Positions 1 to 9,024 of a DNA stretch of 32,000 bases are shown here, piece by piece. Both the position numbers and the translations under genes were made by a program. The DNA comes from Wallemia ichthyophaga EXF-994 (taxonomy: Eukaryota > Fungi > Basidiomycota). Location of the stretch: NCBI RefSeq assembly GCF_000400465.1, contig NW_008806283.1, positions 90,001 through 122,000 on the forward strand, read 5' to 3'. The notes beneath the pieces were generated by a model. The model did no database searches, had not been told where the DNA came from, and was given only the letters and a program-made list of their open reading frames with translations. Each line of letters starts with the position of its first letter. The stretch's first letter is position 1.

Positions 1-943
1 CACGAACCAGGAAAATAGACGGCGTTCGTAGTCTGCTGAGCCATCCAGCTTTGCAGTGTGCACCGAAGTCTAGACCTGTTTATCAGCTTAACCAGCTTAA
101 TCGGGTCAACAACCCCTACTGTTAGTAGTGTTCTAATTCAAAAACCACGCTAAAAACACTCCAGTATCGATGCTAGCTACACCACTGCGCTGGTGTGCTG
201 TATCCAAGTACAAATACCCCAGTGCGCTACTCCTGCGCTTCAGAGTGGTCCAAGGTGTGCTACAGCTGCGAGACAAGGCGTCCACCAACAATTCAAACTC
301 ACTCGGTAAAGGAATGAGTGTGCTTTGTCGGCGCAGTGCACTCGAGTGTATGCTAAATGACAAGCTCTGGATGAGGTTATCGCGAAATGCGAGTGTACCT
401 AGCCATTTCGTACACGCAGTACAATCGCAGCTGGTGGATGGAGTGGTGGCTGAGTTAGATGGCATTCTGCGTAAGCTGCGCAGTAATTGTGTTGAGCCGG
501 ATCAATCGTTTCAATCGGATCACCCAGCGTGGTTAATGCAGCGTCAGACAATCGCTACAACAAACACAACTTTATTCGTCGGTTTCTATATCACTCTGGC
601 ATCAACACCAACACACACAGTCCCATTCAGCCGCCTCACTCAAGGAACATACAGCTCACCGATCTACACGTTCAGCGACAAATACGCAGACAAATACCAG
701 CTAAACGCGATTCGTTATCGTCTGAGCAAATTAGAAGAGCAGCTGCGACGCCGGGGATGCAACACTGGCCAAAACACCTCCGACACGTTTGCATTTGGGT
801 TCGGCAGAGTGAGTGATGCACACCTGTCCATCGATCTCACCCCTCTCGCCGTGGCGCTGTGGAGATGTAGAATGTGGCATGAGGATGAGCTGGTTTTAGA
901 GGGTTTTGGGTTGAATAGTGGGGATATTAGGGTGATACGGTAG
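1..943 (+). CDS. Fungal mitochondrial RRG8-like protein, 5'-truncated by the window edge; exons <1-120 and 165-943
   Basis: Intron 121-164 (GTTAGT...CTAA...CAG) joins open frame 3 (..NRVNNPY) in frame to the 170-943 ORF. This gives NPYLSMLATPLRWC...YPSALLLRF and a C-terminal LAVALWRCRMW, motifs I recall from RRG8-like fungal proteins. Confidence 0.5.
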
Positions 944-1039
944 ATTATCAATCAGCATATCAATCAGCACTATCATCATATCATCATCATATCATCAATA
1001 ATACAGTGAGCAGTGAGTGAATCTTCACAACTGTCTCGT

Positions 1040-1797
1040 TTAACTATACGAACTGTACGGCGGTGGATTCTCTTGTCCCTGCTGCCTCTCCTCGTTAGCG
1101 TCCGCATCAGCACCTCTAGCGGCCATAGCAGCGTGCACGCTATCGTCGTGTACCTGATACGAGTAATCTGGGGTAGGATTGCTGCTGTGATTAGACTCGC
1201 TTTCGTATTTAGGCAGGGGTTCATTCTGGGGTGCGTTTGAGTAAGCACCCAGACGCTCTCTGGCTTCTTCAACCCCCTGGTAGAATTCGAAGGTGGATCC
1301 CTGGCTGAACCAGACTTTGAGGTCAGCGCCCTGGTTGAAGCCGTTGGAGTAGGTGTGTTGGTTGTAGTCGTTGTCGTTGTTGTCGTTGTCATTCTCACCA
1401 CCCCGATCACCCCGATCACCCCGATCGTCAATACCGCTGCCACTCCCACCAGGCAGAATAGTAGCCTCCCAACGATTCGCGCCGAGGAGTGGCTGGGCGA
1501 GGTAGCCATCAGCGACGTACTGGAGGAGCACACTGAGGCTGCGAATGGATTCGTGGGCGGGTGAGAGAAATACTATACGCTTGTTGGTAAGGAAGATGCT
1601 GCCGTGTGCATCATAAACGCGTCCAGGAGCACTGAGGCTGATGCGCAACTGGACGTCGTCGTAGCTGAGTATTATCTTCTCCTCTGTGTGCAGAGTGAGA
1701 TTGTGACAGTGAGCCAGAATCGAACACCCAACCTACCGGGGAATTCAACGGGTCTTGTGCCGTCTTGATTGGTCATTGAGTTGTTGATTGCAGCCAT
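1040..1797 (-). CDS. GRAM/PH-fold WW-domain-binding protein (WBP2-like) with PY motifs
   Basis: ATG at 1797 and intron 1684-1736 (GTAGGT...CACAG) extend the 1040-1648 ORF. GSIFLTNKRIVF and LKVWFSQGSTFEFYQ are typical of the family; LPKY and a terminal PPPY are present. Confidence 0.8.
1399..1425 (+). repeat. Tandem 9-mer (ACCCCGATC)x3 beside a GTT/GTC-rich tract; encodes Gly-Asp-Arg repeats and an Asn/Asp-rich loop in the WBP2-like protein
   Basis: Directly visible in the sequence. Confidence 0.85.
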
Positions 1798-1927
1798 TGT
1801 TGTGGTGGTGGTTAGGGAGTAAGGGGATTAATCAATAATATCAATAATATCAATAATAAAATATAAATGGCTATCCTTGTGTGCATATTCACTCATTCTC
1901 ACTTCCTGCTTCCCACTCCCACCACCC

Positions 1928-2382
1928 ATGTCCAGATTCATCAGAGGCTCTCTCAGTGGTTTCGCTGTTGCTGCCGCAGCCAGCTACAGCTTTAGTAGTG
2001 CTATTGGTGCACGCACTGACTCTATTTCTGCCGAGTGAGTTGCGTCTTCACTCCTCGCACTTCCCACTAAGCCACCAAAAGACTCGCGGAAATACGCGAT
2101 TTCTATGGCACACACGCACCCCAACCTGACTCTCCCTCTCACAAGAAAGCCTACGTCAAATCCCCAGATGCATCTCTCGCTGAGCTCATCGCGACCAAGT
2201 GGAACGACCACATCCTCTCCCTAGTAGCCAGTGCCAGGAGGTTCGACTACTATGAGGCGGGTGACACGATGCTCAACTGGGCTGTCCAGAGTATCCGCGG
2301 TGGTAGTCCTAGCCAGGTAGACAAGGTAGACAGCACACTCAACACACCCACACACACCAGTACACCGCAGAAACTTGTATAA
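1928..2382 (+). CDS. MIC12: MICOS complex subunit MIC12-like; exons 1928-2034 and 2082-2382; absent from the ORF track
   Basis: Splicing intron 2035-2081 (GTGAGT...CTAA...AAG) gives about 135 aa: MSRFIRGSLSGFAVAAAASYSFSSAIGARTDSISAELAEIRDF...ELIATKWNDHILSLV. The N-terminal Gly/Ala TM segment and the K-W-N motif match MIC12/AIM5. Confidence 0.65.
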
Positions 2383-2415
2383 CAAACCCAGCGCATGCAT
2401 CCCTAGCTCTATAAT

Positions 2416-4224
2416 TCACAGCCCTCTGTACTCCTCCCAGCCAACCTTCTCCATTTTATCCACCTTAGCGTAGACCTCCTCTTCCAGGCGGTGCTTATAC
2501 GTGTCGAGAGCATCCAACAAGCGTGGCATGCCCGCTGCAACGATCCTCACCGCGAGAAGACCAGCGTTAACACCCCCGTTAATAGCAACGGTAGCGACGG
2601 GGATTCCGCGTGGCATCTGCACGATAGAATGAAGGCTATCGACGCCATCTAGCGAGCTGCCTTTAACGGGTACGCCAATCACTGGGAGTGGGGTCATAGC
2701 TGCGATCATACCCGGTAAGTGTGCAGCTCCACCGGCGCCAGCTACTATGCAGCGCACGCCACGCGCGCGCGCACTGTGTGCGAATTGTGCCATGCGCTGT
2801 GGTGTGCGGTGTGCAGAAACCACTGTTAACTCATACTCCACGCCAAGCTCACCCAACATGGCTCCCGCCCCGCTCATCACCTTGAGATCCGAGTCACTTC
2901 CCATCACTACGCTTACGAGTGGGTGCGATGGGTTAGTGCGTGTGGTGGTCTTGTCGGTTTCAACTTGTTTGATGGACGGTGGGAGGAGTGTGGAGATGTG
3001 CGCGAGTGCGCTGGACACCACGCCCGAGCTGGATGACTTACTTGGCAACAGTGCCGTGAGTGTGTCCACATGGTCATGCACACTCGCTGCACTTTCCCCT
3101 ACTACCGTGACGTGTCCCATCTTGCGTCCCTTCCTACACCCCGCCTTGCCGTATAAATGGACATGAGCTCCCGGCAGAGTGAGCGCTTTACGAGCGAGCT
3201 TCATTACTCCCTCTTCCGTCCCATCGTCCCTGCCGAGGAGGTTAACCATAGCAGCGTACGGCACGACCATCTGCGTATCGCCGAGCGGGAGGTCGAGAAT
3301 AGCGCGGAGATGGTTATCGTACTGGGAGGTAGCACAAGCCTCGATAGTATAATGACCCGAGTTATGTGGCCTTGGAGCTATCTCATTGAGCAGTATCTGT
3401 CCATCAGCGAGAAGGAACATCTCCACACCGAAAACACCCGCACCTACGAAAGTGCTGATAGCGTTGGTGGCCACGTCGCGCGCGCGCGACTGCACACTCG
3501 CATCAGACGCAAGGAGAGGTGCATACACAACACTGCAAACGCTGTCCTCGTGCACCGTCTCAACGGCGGGATACGCCACTACTTGTCCACCAACTGAACG
3601 GACGACCATCACTGCGATCTCGGCAGTGAACGGGGCAAGTTCTTCCACATACAGCCCTCCCTTGCCGGCTGTCTGCGCGAGCGTGCTGACGGCTGTCTGT
3701 GCCTCTTGAGCACTCTTGACGAGGTAGTTGCCTTTACCGTCGTAAGCCTGTTTGCGGGCCTTGAGCATGACGGGGAAACCGCTAAGGTGGTTTGAGACGG
3801 CGGAGAGGAGCGCGTCAGCGGATTGCTCCTCCAGCGGTACGCTCCTCGCTACGGGGATGCGGTGGTGCATCAAGTGCTCCTTCTGCGTGTACTTGTCCTG
3901 GATTGTGCGGATGGTGGATGGTGATGGAGAGACTTGCACGCGCCCGCCCATATCACGCTCTACCTCCTCAAGCACGTCCACGTTAACGTGCTCGATCTCG
4001 ACTGTGAGGATATCTACGCGCCCAGCAAGCTCTTTGATAGCAGCTGGGTCGTTGAATGAGCCTAAGACGTGGCCTCCCTGCCTATTGGATACCTGCTTGG
4101 CCGGTGACTGCGTATCCCCCTCCAACACCACTATATCCAGATTCATCAACTGCCCCGCTTGGATGAGCATTCGGCCGAGCTGTCCCCCGCCGAGGATCCC
4201 TATTTTGCGTGTATCGATTGACAT
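2416..4224 (-). CDS. ADE2: Phosphoribosylaminoimidazole carboxylase (PurK ATP-grasp plus PurE domains), intronless
   Basis: Motifs GILGGGQLGRM, NEIAPRPHNSGHYT, VMGSDSDL, VVSAHRTP, GAGGAAHLPGM and VQMPRGIPVATV. Confidence 0.98.
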   Translation of the reverse strand: MSIDTRKIGILGGGQLGRMLIQAGQLMNLDIVVLEGDTQSPAKQVSNRQGGHVLGSFNDPAAIKELAGRVDILTVEIEHVNVDVLEEVERDMGGRVQVSPSPSTIRTIQDKYTQKEHLMHHRIPVARSVPLEEQSADALLSAVSNHLSGFPVMLKARKQAYDGKGNYLVKSAQEAQTAVSTLAQTAGKGGLYVEELAPFTAEIAVMVVRSVGGQVVAYPAVETVHEDSVCSVVYAPLLASDASVQSRARDVATNAISTFVGAGVFGVEMFLLADGQILLNEIAPRPHNSGHYTIEACATSQYDNHLRAILDLPLGDTQMVVPYAAMVNLLGRDDGTEEGVMKLARKALTLPGAHVHLYGKAGCRKGRKMGHVTVVGESAASVHDHVDTLTALLPSKSSSSGVVSSALAHISTLLPPSIKQVETDKTTTRTNPSHPLVSVVMGSDSDLKVMSGAGAMLGELGVEYELTVVSAHRTPQRMAQFAHSARARGVRCIVAGAGGAAHLPGMIAAMTPLPVIGVPVKGSSLDGVDSLHSIVQMPRGIPVATVAINGGVNAGLLAVRIVAAGMPRLLDALDTYKHRLEEEVYAKVDKMEKVGWEEYRGL

Positions 4225-4323
4225 TATTTAATTTTATTTTAAATCGATCTTGGTGGTTAGATGGAGAGATACGAGATGGCCATCTCCCTTGCTTCCCGAC
4301 GACGACGACGATAATTTATTTAA
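4225..4323. promoter_or_regulatory. 99-bp divergent promoter between ADE2 and SRP14 containing a perfect 14-bp palindrome GAGATGGCCATCTC (4273-4286)
   Basis: Head-to-head ATGs at 4224 and 4324, AT-rich tracts on both flanks, and the palindrome seen directly. Confidence 0.6.
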
Positions 4324-4905
4324 ATGGCGCCACACGTACAGCCATCGGAGGTGCGTTGATCTTCTATCCCTGCTGCCGTCTCTCACGCGCTGCAGTTCCT
4401 CCGCGATCTCGCTGAGCTGTTTGAGCGGGTGAGTGGGAGTGTGAGCAGTGGCAGTGGCAGTGGCACTGTATTCCTCACGCAGAAACGCTACCAATACCAC
4501 GATAAAGAAGGTGCAGAAATGGATATCGACGCAGACAGCCCAAATCCCGCGCAATTCCATGTTCTCCTCAGAGCTACTGCCCAAATAGACGATAAACAGT
4601 ACAAATCAGCCACGCGCATCCCTTCTGACCAGCTCGATGGCTTTGTTGCGCACTACAACTCTCTCCTCCACGCCCACCTTCACTCCAATCTCCGCAAGAG
4701 AGACAGGAAGAGAGAGAAACGTAAGGCGGATATTGCCGCTGTGAGGAAACGCAGACTAGAGACGCCCGTCGATATACCCCACTCTAAACGCGGTAGCGGG
4801 AGGCGTAAGTTTCAACGTAAAGTTAAAGCTGAACAGAGGAGGCTAGCTGCTTTGCACACGGTAGCAAGTGGCACGAGTGGGCAGAATACTTTGAAAATTC
4901 CTTAA
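4324..4905 (+). CDS. SRP14: Signal recognition particle subunit SRP14; exons 4324-4350 and 4396-4905
   Basis: Intron 4351-4395 (GTGCGT...CTCAC...CAG) gives MAPHVQPSEFLRDLAELFE...GTVFLTQKR...VLLRAT...LRKRDRKREK with a basic C-terminal tail. Confidence 0.9.
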
Positions 4906-4950
4906 AATCACTGAAATTGATGGATATCGCTTTTTACATGACAGATTCAT

Positions 4951-6675
4951 TCATCGATAGGCCATAGATGATCTCCACGCACTCGCCGTTGTTATCCGGC
5001 GTGCTTGGTCGTATGTTATGGCTCCTTGACGGTATTGGACGCCGGCATCATCTGTTGCATCTGTTGCATCATCGTCAGCACCCCCACCTAGCTGCTCTTC
5101 TATCATTTCCTCCTCATCAGAATCATTCATCGTGTCGTCACCCCCTCTGACCCCGCCAAACGACGCCGAGGTGCTGCCGACGGGTGTAGCCATGATGCTC
5201 GTCTGTTGAGGAGATGCCTCGAATGCAGCGAATGAAGACAGAGGCTTGCGTGAGTGTGAAGCACTAGCACTACTACCACTTGCAGCACTTGCACCGCGTG
5301 GTGGAAGTGCAGGTGCACCTGTTGTGAAAGAATATGAAGGTGGAGACGCGTAACGCTGCGAGAGATACTTATCAGTGAAACGCGATCCCGGTACCTAATC
5401 AAGTGAATTAACCAGCATATCAACTACACAAACACTCTAACGCACCCTTTTCACGACCCCTTTCGCCTCCTGTAACCCCGCTACACCCCTCCATACCTGA
5501 AAGTTATGTTCAGCTTCCGGGCTATCTCTGTAGATGTTCTCTACGTGTATCCTTCCCGTATTTTCATTCCTTAACATGAGAGTTTCGTGGAGTGCGCGTG
5601 CGACATCGTCGACGCTCTCATGCATCCCGTGTACGCGCTCGGCGACCGCCCCACCCACTTCTCCGATAAGTCTCTCCATATCCATCTGTTCAAGGGCACT
5701 GCCGATGATGACCTGAGCGAGGAAGCTGGCGGAAACGAGAGGAATGAGCAGCCCGCCCGTGAGATCGGCGAGTGCGCGAAAGAAGTCGGTCGCATACTGG
5801 TACCCGCTCAGAGCAGGCTCGCAAGCGACTACGAAGAGCGTTATAGAGGAGCTCGCCATTGCGCGCGCTAGTTGAAGCGGGTCGTAGCCGCAGGGAGAGC
5901 CGTCGGGAAAGCCATCACCATACTCCCCTATACCGTGAGGTGGAGCATCCGCTACGAGCACTGCCATCTTGCTCGCATGCGCCCGCCATGGCATCGCATA
6001 TACCGCCTCGCGCATAGCTATCGTTACACCTTCTGGCCCGTCGCCGCCGCCGGATGCATAGAGCGACCTGTACACGGTGTAAGCGTAAGCCAGTGTACTT
6101 TTAATGATAAAGTGATGCACTGATGCTCATGTCGTCATCCAACTTGAGCCCCTATCACTCACTGCTACCTACTTGAGATTCTCGCGCATTTCGTCATAGT
6201 CGTGCGTAAAGCCAAAGTTCTTGAATTCATACGTGTAGTCCTGTGGTTTGCTGTCCTGGGAGGGGTGAGAATGCGTTAAGACACGCAGTGACACCAACTC
6301 GGTAGGAAATCAAACCCAATCTCAACGCGGACTCGCCGATCAGCTTCTGTGAGTGTATAATAGACTGGCATATATCGATAACGTTCTTTGTGGCGTTGTC
6401 GAGGTAGCTGCCCATACTACCGGTGGAATCCATGATGAAGAGTAGATCGCTGGGTATTTGAATGAGGAGAATACGATAATATATATTCATCCACGTACAT
6501 GCTTGTGCTGGTGTCGTTGACGTGTATATCCTCGTATCCAGCCTTCTGGGGCAAGTCAACGCCTGGAGAAGCGTGGTAGAGCGGGATAGCGGGCGGAGTG
6601 GGAGTATCAGTATCAATGTCCTTGTAATTGGTGAGTGGTTTATGCGTGGTGCGTGGTGCTCCCTATACACACCAT
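4951..6675 (-). CDS. Stand-alone von Willebrand factor A domain protein (VwkA/EF2K-associated vWA type, no kinase domain), about 474 aa
   Basis: Introns 6621-6672, 6450-6498, 6256-6298, 6068-6172 and 5395-5445 give a continuous frame (exon total 1425 nt). Motifs: DLLFIMDSTGSM (MIDAS), SGGGDGPEGV, VLVADAPPHG. The ATG-only first exon is inferred. Confidence 0.8.
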
Positions 6676-6730
6676 TTGATAGTGGTGGAATGGGGGCAAG
6701 CGGTTAATTACCCACCACCACCACACCACC

Positions 6731-7840
6731 ATGGATAACAAGCGTAGAAACGATGAATCCCAGGAACATCAATCGCAATCCAAGAAACCGAGAAGGAAGA
6801 ACGTATCCAGCGCGTGCTTGTATTGCAGGAGAAGCCACATGACTTGCGATCAAGGAAGGCCGTGTCAGCGATGCATAAAGCGTAACATACCCCACTTATG
6901 CCACGATCCACCTAGCAAGAAGGATGATAATGATTTGGATTCATTCGATGCACATACTCAGCCCATACAGCCCACTCAGTCCACTTTAGTACAGCCCCCA
7001 CCAACCAATACCAGCCTTGGCTTTGATTTGGAGTTCGGCGGTAGCTTGGATGACTTGCTCAACGCACTTGGAATGCCTGAAAATCTTCATCCCAACTCAA
7101 TGTCTAACAATATACCTTACGCAGCGGCATCCACTAGCACCACCAACACTAATGGTATATCCCGTGCTCAAACTCCAAGCTACATACAGAACCCGAAACA
7201 CCGCTTCTTCTTCACTGCTGCTAATCCACCGATCCATTCCACCAGGGAGGAGCGACTGAAAGCTGTCCTTACTGCTAAACACGAAGCTGGTCTACTTAAA
7301 CCATTTAATTACGTCAATGGCTACGCTAAGCTTGGTAACTACCTTAACCAATCTGTTTCACCGCGAAATCGAGTGAAAATTCAATCATATTTGTCACGTA
7401 TCAGATCACAATTCGCTAACATCGCTTCTAATCTCTCGGAATGGGATCTCACAACTACAGAAGAGAGTTTTGAGAGACTGCTACTCGATTACGATAGAGT
7501 CTTCTCCATGATCGCCCTACCTAGCTGCTGCTGGAGACGAACAGGTGAAATATACAAAGCTAATAGGGAATTCGCAGATATAGTGGGTTGTGACGTCGAT
7601 ACACTAAAGACTGGCGAAATCAGCGTACACGAGTTACTCGACGAGGACAGCTTGACAAATTACTGGAGCAAATACGCTCAGTTGGCATTCAATTTCGAGA
7701 GTAAAGGTGTTCTTACTGCCGGATCGCTTATCAATAAACACAACTCCGCCTCGATTCCTTGCAATTTTAGCTTCAATATTCGCAGAGATGCGTTTGGAAT
7801 ACCGCTCATGATCGTCGCAAACTTTATGCCACTGTCGTAA
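6731..7840 (+). CDS. acuM: Zn(II)2Cys6 transcription factor with C-terminal PAS fold, AcuM/RDS2 subfamily (gluconeogenesis regulator)
   Basis: ACLYCRRSHMTCDQGRPCQRCIKRNIPHLCHD, FFFTAANP, AKHEAGLLKPFNYVNGY, CCWRRTGEIY and C-terminal IVANFMP. Confidence 0.85.
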   Translation: MDNKRRNDESQEHQSQSKKPRRKNVSSACLYCRRSHMTCDQGRPCQRCIKRNIPHLCHDPPSKKDDNDLDSFDAHTQPIQPTQSTLVQPPPTNTSLGFDLEFGGSLDDLLNALGMPENLHPNSMSNNIPYAAASTSTTNTNGISRAQTPSYIQNPKHRFFFTAANPPIHSTREERLKAVLTAKHEAGLLKPFNYVNGYAKLGNYLNQSVSPRNRVKIQSYLSRIRSQFANIASNLSEWDLTTTEESFERLLLDYDRVFSMIALPSCCWRRTGEIYKANREFADIVGCDVDTLKTGEISVHELLDEDSLTNYWSKYAQLAFNFESKGVLTAGSLINKHNSASIPCNFSFNIRRDAFGIPLMIVANFMPLS

Positions 7841-8034
7841 TTAGCATTATGGCATTATGTATTCAATTAAGAGGTAGCGAGTAGGTTACAAGATCCGTAT
7901 CGCTAGGCGTGTTGGCGTTATCAAGAAATTTCAAATGTAAATATAAATTGAGTAATCAGGAGTAATTTGAGTTGATGATCATTAAGTGAGCCAGACGACT
8001 AAGCAATCCCTGCTCAGTGTTTGAGGTGCCAAAA

Positions 8035-8679
8035 TTATGCGGAGATAGGACCACTTGAGGAGCGCGATCTCACTGAGATGACGATGATGACAATCATAGC
8101 GAGGAAAATGAGTACTTTGAGGATGTTAAGTGGATGAGACATAAAATTTTCAAGCGGACAACTCACCAGTGTCAATCCACGTGAGACCCAAAATGGCGTT
8201 GAGGTGGTGACAATAAGTGTAGTCTGCGAATTTGCAGCTGACACCGCCACCAAGCTCAGCAGTGATCGCAGCAGCACCTGCAAGCCAAATACAGAAGGTG
8301 AGAACGACCCAAATGAGGCTGAAGTGGTTAGATGGGGAGAGTGGATCGATGAGAGACTTACTGTGACGCAACGCTCAATAGAACACCGCCAGAACCCATT
8401 GGAACAGCGAGGAATCCAACGAGATAAGCGGAGGCAGTCACTATAGTCCATAGTGAACAGACTGTGGCGGGTGACGGTGAGAATTTTCACAGCGTATAAA
8501 AGACACCACGCACACAAGATGTATCTGACAGTGTTGGAAACGCCCTCGCTTAGGAAGCTGTCGTCGCTGTTGTAACGATCAACGAGGAAAGCGGAGATGG
8601 ACATGAGGACGATGGAGAAGAGAATGAGGACGCCAAAGTAAATTGGGTGACCCTTCTTGATTGCTGTTTCTGTGGCCAT
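8035..8679 (-). CDS. MARVEL-domain four-TM membrane protein, 3 introns
   Basis: Splicing at GTGCGT..CAG, GTAAGT..CAG and GTGAGT..AAG yields four hydrophobic helices, with FCSLWTIV, WLAGAAAITAELGG and C-x6-C-HHLNAILG. Confidence 0.85.
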   Translation of the reverse strand: MATETAIKKGHPIYFGVLILFSIVLMSISAFLVDRYNSDDSFLSEGVSNTVRYILCAWCLLYAVKILTVTRHSLFTMDYSDCLRLSRWIPRCSNGFWRCSIERCVTVSLSSIHSPHLTTSASFGSFSPSVFGLQVLLRSLLSLVAVSAANSQTTLIVTTSTPFWVSRGLTLVSCPLENFMSHPLNILKVLIFLAMIVIIVISVRSRSSSGPISA

Positions 8680-9024
8680 TTTAAGATAATTCGATTATTT
8701 CGATGGTGGTCGTTGTGGATCAACAATTTTTGGTGACGCCGGCTCCAATTTAATCTTTGGTCGGTGGGAAAGGCGATGGACTGACGTGATGTGTGTGTGA
8801 TATGATATCGCTCATTGCTTGTAGATTCTGTATGCTTTGTGTGCCTTGTGTACTCCCCCTATCGCCCTCGTCTGCGTGTCGTTCACCCCTATAGGCTCGC
8901 AAAACGGCGAAAGTTAATTAGAAAAGAGATGGCTGGTGATAGCGTGAATATTTTCAATTCCTTCATTCCTTCATTTGTTTCCTCTTCTCCGATGATTCCC
9001 TCTCCTCGTTTTCCCCCATCAGCC

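Noticed and set aside
3475-3490. GT(CG)6AC palindrome and a (CG)5 tract near 2762 in ADE2 (potential Z-DNA)
   Set aside because: Explained by Ser-Arg-Ala-Arg / Ala-Arg-Ala codons in a GC-rich CDS.
2747-4231. Numerous 60-160-aa antisense and alternate-frame ORFs over ADE2 and other CDSs in the ORF track
   Set aside because: Shadow ORFs of GC-rich coding sequence, many with non-ATG starts and no recognisable motifs.
8944-8955. RRPE-like TGAATATTTTCA upstream of RRP5
   Set aside because: Imperfect match; an exact TGAAAATTTT occurs at 21143-21152 near a non-RiBi gene, so such AT motifs are uninformative here.
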